From the NCBI GenBank assembly GCA_000004985.1, contig GG739301.1: a stretch of DNA of 1,951 nucleotides; one strand, given 5' to 3'. A program made the position numbers and the translations under genes. Below are positions 1 to 1,951 of this stretch, piece by piece (positions within the stretch are counted from its first letter, which is position 1; the number at the start of each line of letters is the position of its first letter). The stretch comes from Naegleria gruberi. Taxonomy: Eukaryota. The notes beneath the pieces were generated by a model. It searched no databases. It saw only the letters and a program-made list of their open reading frames with translations, and had not been told where the DNA came from.

Positions 1-633
1 TGAATTGTCTAATATTAACATGTCGTCTATGTAAATAAATATGATTGTGCCTCTCTGCCTCCATTTCTTGATAACTTCCTTCATTATTATGATGAATAAC
101 TGAGGGGCTGTACTTAAACCGAACGGAAGGCATTGAAAGTGGTAAGTTTTGCCTTCGAAGATGAATCCTAATAGGACTTTGTGTTGTTTCCTTACTGGAA
201 CTTGAAAATAACCTTTCTTTAAATCCAGCTTGCATGCCCACATTCCTTTTCTTATGAATTTCATAACTTTTTGAATGGATTCCATCTTGAATGTGTCTGT
301 GCTTATGCCACCGTTTATCTTTCTTAGGTCCAAGATAAACCTGTATTGGTCTGAACCTTTCTTTGGGACAACGTTGATAGGATTTAGAACTGGATTTAAA
401 GAATAGGCTATAATATGGTTTTGTAACATGGAGTCTATCTCTCTCCTTATCCATGCTTTCTCTTTCTGAGAGAACTTCCTCTGGTGGTAGCTTTTCCATT
501 GGCTGGAATCTGTATCGATTGGAATTCCGTTTTTTATCCAATCTACGATTGTTTCTGAGACGCCGAATTCTTTCCAACGTTGATGGAAATGAGAGAGTCT
601 GCCACCTAGAGGAACCTGCTTGTCACTTATTGA
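1..633 (-). CDS. Retroelement pol ORF, N-terminal half of the reverse transcriptase domain. Probably DIRS-like (tyrosine-recombinase retrotransposon); Ty3/gypsy-like is the alternative. Partial: the C-terminal remainder lies beyond the window start.
   Basis: I translated the minus strand by hand in the frame ending at position 1. There are 211 sense codons between the stop TAG (plus 634-636) and the window edge. The translation reads SISDKQVPLGGRLSHFHQRWKEFGVSETIVDWIKNGIPIDTDSSQWKSYHQRKFSQKEKAWIRREIDSMLQNHIIAYSLNPVLNPINVVPKKGSDQYRFILDLRKINGGISTDTFKMESIQKVMKFIRKGMWACKLDLKKGYFQVPVRKQHKVLLGFIFEGKTYHFQCLPFGLSTAPQLFIIIMKEVIKKWRQRGTIIFIYIDDMLILDNS. Canonical RT blocks and their plus-strand coordinates: GGRLSHF..W (586-606), VVPKKGSDQYRFILDLRKIN (313-372), KLDLKKGYFQVPV (193-231), LPFGLSTAP (103-129), YIDDM (19-33). 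The spellings R-x-I-L-D-L-R-K-I-N (rather than CVDYRxLN) and LPFGLSTAP (rather than MPFGLxNAP), together with the GGRL..F...W....D..V..WI..G N-terminal motif, are what I recall as diagnostic of DIRS/Ngaro-type RTs. Confidence 0.85.
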
Positions 634-636
634 CTA
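1..636 (-). mobile_element. Retrotransposon fragment (minimal extent; the pol ORF runs off the left edge). The 5' boundary, any ITR/LTR, and gag are not identifiable in the window.
   Basis: The RT ORF above supports this. No long ORF or terminal-repeat structure is recognisable in 637-1340, so only the coding part can be delimited. Confidence 0.75.
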
Positions 637-1260
637 AGATTGATTGAGGAGGAGGAATTGGAGTTGTTAGAACCGTATCCATGGTTATTAAATTGTCTTC
701 TTCCAATATAAGTGGTTGGTGTTTGCTCTTGGCTATTGGAATGGTATGAGTGATATGGGACGAAGTGGTTGGACTTTTGATTAAATCTTCTCTTTTGAAA
801 GTTTATTATATTGAGAGACAGGGTTAATAATAATAAATGTTGAATAAGAGAACAATAAGACCATTACAAAAAAAGGAAGAAGACCCTCTTCTTCCTAATC
901 AAAAAAGTAAGGAATCTGTTGGGTTCCTAAACTGGTTAAGAGAATTAATCTGTTCATGGTCTATACTGTTGAGTTTCTCAATGATTGTAGCTCTTGTTGT
1001 TGTTTGCTTAATTGGACTTGCATGGAATTTGTGAATCAGGATACCACAGATAATAGAAACTTGTATCCTAAGAAAGGAATGCAAGAATTTGTTAATCAAA
1101 TGGTGTGGTTGTGGTGAGCATTTAACCATGTTGATTAATAAAAGGAAAGTGTTGTTGATACTTGGAGAAGCAAGTCTTCCTCTTTTAAATTCAACTTTTG
1201 CTTCATATTCAGCAGAAATGAAACTTGCAATCAAAATATACTATCAGTAACATGCAAAAC

Positions 1261-1268
1261 TATAAAAC
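1261..1268 (+). promoter_or_regulatory. TATA-like element (TATAAAAC). It lies about 80 bp upstream of ATG-1342 and about 165 bp upstream of ATG-1426.
   Basis: The sequence tataaaac is present at 1261-1268, with A-rich flanks. The call rests on position and consensus only, and AT-rich DNA produces many such matches. Confidence 0.2.
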
Positions 1269-1341
1269 TAAAAACGATAATTGAACAATATCTTAATTTT
1301 CATTTAGAAACTGAGTCTTTATTAGCTCGTGCTCATAAACC

Positions 1342-1951
1342 ATGTTAAAAATTTTCACTTTTTCAAAAACTTCCTCTTTTCAAAAACGGACCAAATTTGT
1401 CGAATTAGATGACCTCAAAGAAAAAATGAAGAGAAGGTATTGTCCTGTTGTTTTACGCTCTCTCCTTGGAGTATCATCATCATCTCGTAGTGGAAAAGGC
1501 TTGAATTCAATCAATTTTTCCTCAACTTTGCAAGCCAATCTAACAAAAAACATTTCGAATGGAATGTTATGTTCCGAGAATTTTCATCATCATCATCATC
1601 ACGGAAGAAGTATTGGCTTGGATTATATTAAAACAGCTTTTAAAGCTTTTTCAAAGAGTGAAACTGTAAATTCGGAACCAAAGACTGCTAGTAGTGAAAA
1701 ACAAATTCAAAACGAGTCATCTACAAGTACAACAATAATTGATTCCGAATTTTCCAAGGATAAAGAATACAAGAAATTGGAATCCATGGAAAAGAAGAGA
1801 AGATTTGAGAATATTATTAATTATTACGTGTTAAATTGCAAGAAAAAGCCACTTGCTAATCCAGATAGAGATTTTGCTCTCTACAAATTCTTTTTGAATG
1901 CCTTTTCAATGATTAGACAGGCTCACAGTGCTTTGGATTGTTTAAACGAGT
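1342..1951 (+). CDS. 5' part of a protein-coding gene of unknown function. It is open to the window end with no stop. The alternative, and perhaps better, start is ATG 1426. The N-terminus from Met-1426 is presequence-like (possibly mitochondrial targeting), and the protein carries a natural His6 run.
   Basis: The frame is defined by a stop TAA at 1336-1338. The first ATG is at 1342-1344 (context aaaccATGt) and the second at 1426-1428 (context aaagaaaaaATGaag, A-rich and yeast-like). From 1426 the translation is MKRRYCPVVLRSLLGVSSSSRSGKGLNSINFSSTLQANLTKNISNGMLCSENFHHHHHHGRSIGLDYIKTAFKAFSKSETVNSEPKTASSEKQIQNESSTSTTIIDSEFSKDKEYKKLESMEKKRRFENIINYYVLNCKKKPLANPDRDFALYKFFLNAFSMIRQAHSALDCLNE... That is 175 codons without a stop in roughly 35% GC DNA, which is very unlikely by chance. 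The 28-codon N-terminal extension from 1342 reads MLKIFTFSKTSSFQKRTKFVELDDLKEK. Confidence 0.6.
   Translation, partial: MLKIFTFSKTSSFQKRTKFVELDDLKEKMKRRYCPVVLRSLLGVSSSSRSGKGLNSINFSSTLQANLTKNISNGMLCSENFHHHHHHGRSIGLDYIKTAFKAFSKSETVNSEPKTASSEKQIQNESSTSTTIIDSEFSKDKEYKKLESMEKKRRFENIINYYVLNCKKKPLANPDRDFALYKFFLNAFSMIRQAHSALDCLNE
1358..1387 (+). repeat. Near-tandem duplicated motif CTTTTTCAAAAAC / TCTTTTCAAAAAC, with a 17-bp offset.
   Basis: TTTTCAAAAAC occurs at 1360-1370 and again at 1377-1387. The motif lies 40-65 bp upstream of ATG-1426 and is in frame if ATG-1342 is used. Confidence 0.5.
1585..1602 (+). repeat. (CAT)5CAC trinucleotide microsatellite in the coding frame, giving HHHHHH.
   Basis: catcatcatcatcatcac is read directly at 1585-1602. 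Position 1585 is in frame with ATG-1426/1342. Confidence 0.9.

Noticed and set aside
34-39. AATAAA polyadenylation-signal hexamers. On the plus strand they occur at 34-39, 833-838 and 1137-1142. The reverse complement occurs at 793-798 and 1319-1324.
   Set aside because: AATAAA occurs by chance at this frequency in roughly 35% GC DNA. None is positioned after a stop codon of a supported ORF within the window.
88-103. ATGATGA followed by CTGA, resembling snoRNA C and D boxes.
   Set aside because: The boxes are only about 6 nt apart and lie inside the RT coding region. No terminal stem or guide region is evident. This is a coincidental match.
453-647. 64-aa plus-strand ORF.
   Set aside because: It lies entirely antisense within the well-supported RT coding frame, and its product is low-complexity. 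It is a shadow ORF.
647-657. Short simple repeats: (GAG)3-like gaggaggagga at 647-657, (AAT)3 at 826-837, and the TTG-rich run at 994-1006.
   Set aside because: These are too short to be meaningful microsatellites or structural elements, and such runs are common in low-complexity AT-rich intergenic DNA.
837-1034. 65-aa plus-strand ORF with a hydrophobic, transmembrane-looking C-terminus (ILLSFSMIVALVVVCLIGLAWNL).
   Set aside because: It is short and overlaps the minus-strand ORF antisense. Its hydrophobic tail is encoded by a T/G-rich stretch (ttgttgttgtttgc) that is simple-sequence-like. There is no supporting context, and nothing can be verified from the sequence alone.
899-1234. 111-aa ORF on the minus strand from the supplied ORF track. 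It lies exactly where a gag ORF would be expected upstream of pol.
   Set aside because: Its start codon at plus 1232-1234 is TTG, not ATG, so the track evidently allows bacterial alternative starts. The longest ATG-initiated version is only about 75 aa. The sequence is low-complexity and has no coiled-coil or gag or zinc-knuckle character. It is antisense to another ORF of similar size. It is separated from the pol frame by many stops in every frame. It is most likely a chance ORF, or at best a degenerate remnant.
1-1951. Prokaryotic-type features: RBS, operon structure, rho-independent terminators, CRISPR repeats, tRNA genes.
   Set aside because: The sequence shows none of these. There is no GGTTCGANTCC-type tRNA box, no repeat-spacer periodicity and no GC-rich hairpin with a T-run. 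The retroelement RT, the A-rich initiation context and the His/Ser/Asn-rich coding composition all point to a eukaryotic nuclear locus.

Overview
AT-rich window (about one-third G+C by eye) that looks eukaryotic rather than prokaryotic: it has a natural His6 run, S/T/N/K-rich low-complexity coding, and A-rich start contexts. Three parts. (1) Positions 1-633, minus strand: an uninterrupted 211-codon open frame that runs off the left edge. It encodes the N-terminal half of a retroelement reverse transcriptase (GGRL...W motif, VPKKGSDQYRFILDLRKIN, KLDLKKGYFQVPV, LPFGLSTAP, YIDDM). The motif spellings match DIRS-like (tyrosine-recombinase) retrotransposons best, with Ty3/gypsy-like the fallback. 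The rest of pol lies left of the window. All three minus-strand reading frames hit stops within about 35 nt upstream of the conserved N-terminal motif, and no gag-like ORF sits upstream of it. This copy is therefore probably 5'-damaged, or it is expressed in some unusual way. (2) Positions 637-1341: about 700 bp of noncoding-looking spacer. It holds only short mutually antisense ORFs that I judge spurious, plus a TATA-like element and an odd duplicated TTTTCAAAAAC motif. (3) Positions 1342 (or 1426) to 1951, plus strand: an open frame of at least 175-203 codons with no stop before the window end. It has a presequence-like basic/Ser-rich N-terminus from Met-1426, a genomically encoded His6 ((CAT)5CAC), an S/T-rich acidic linker, and a C-terminal region that looks helical. 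It is probably the 5' part of a host gene, arranged divergently to the retroelement. I see no tRNA, rRNA or CRISPR features. I cannot assign the organism.
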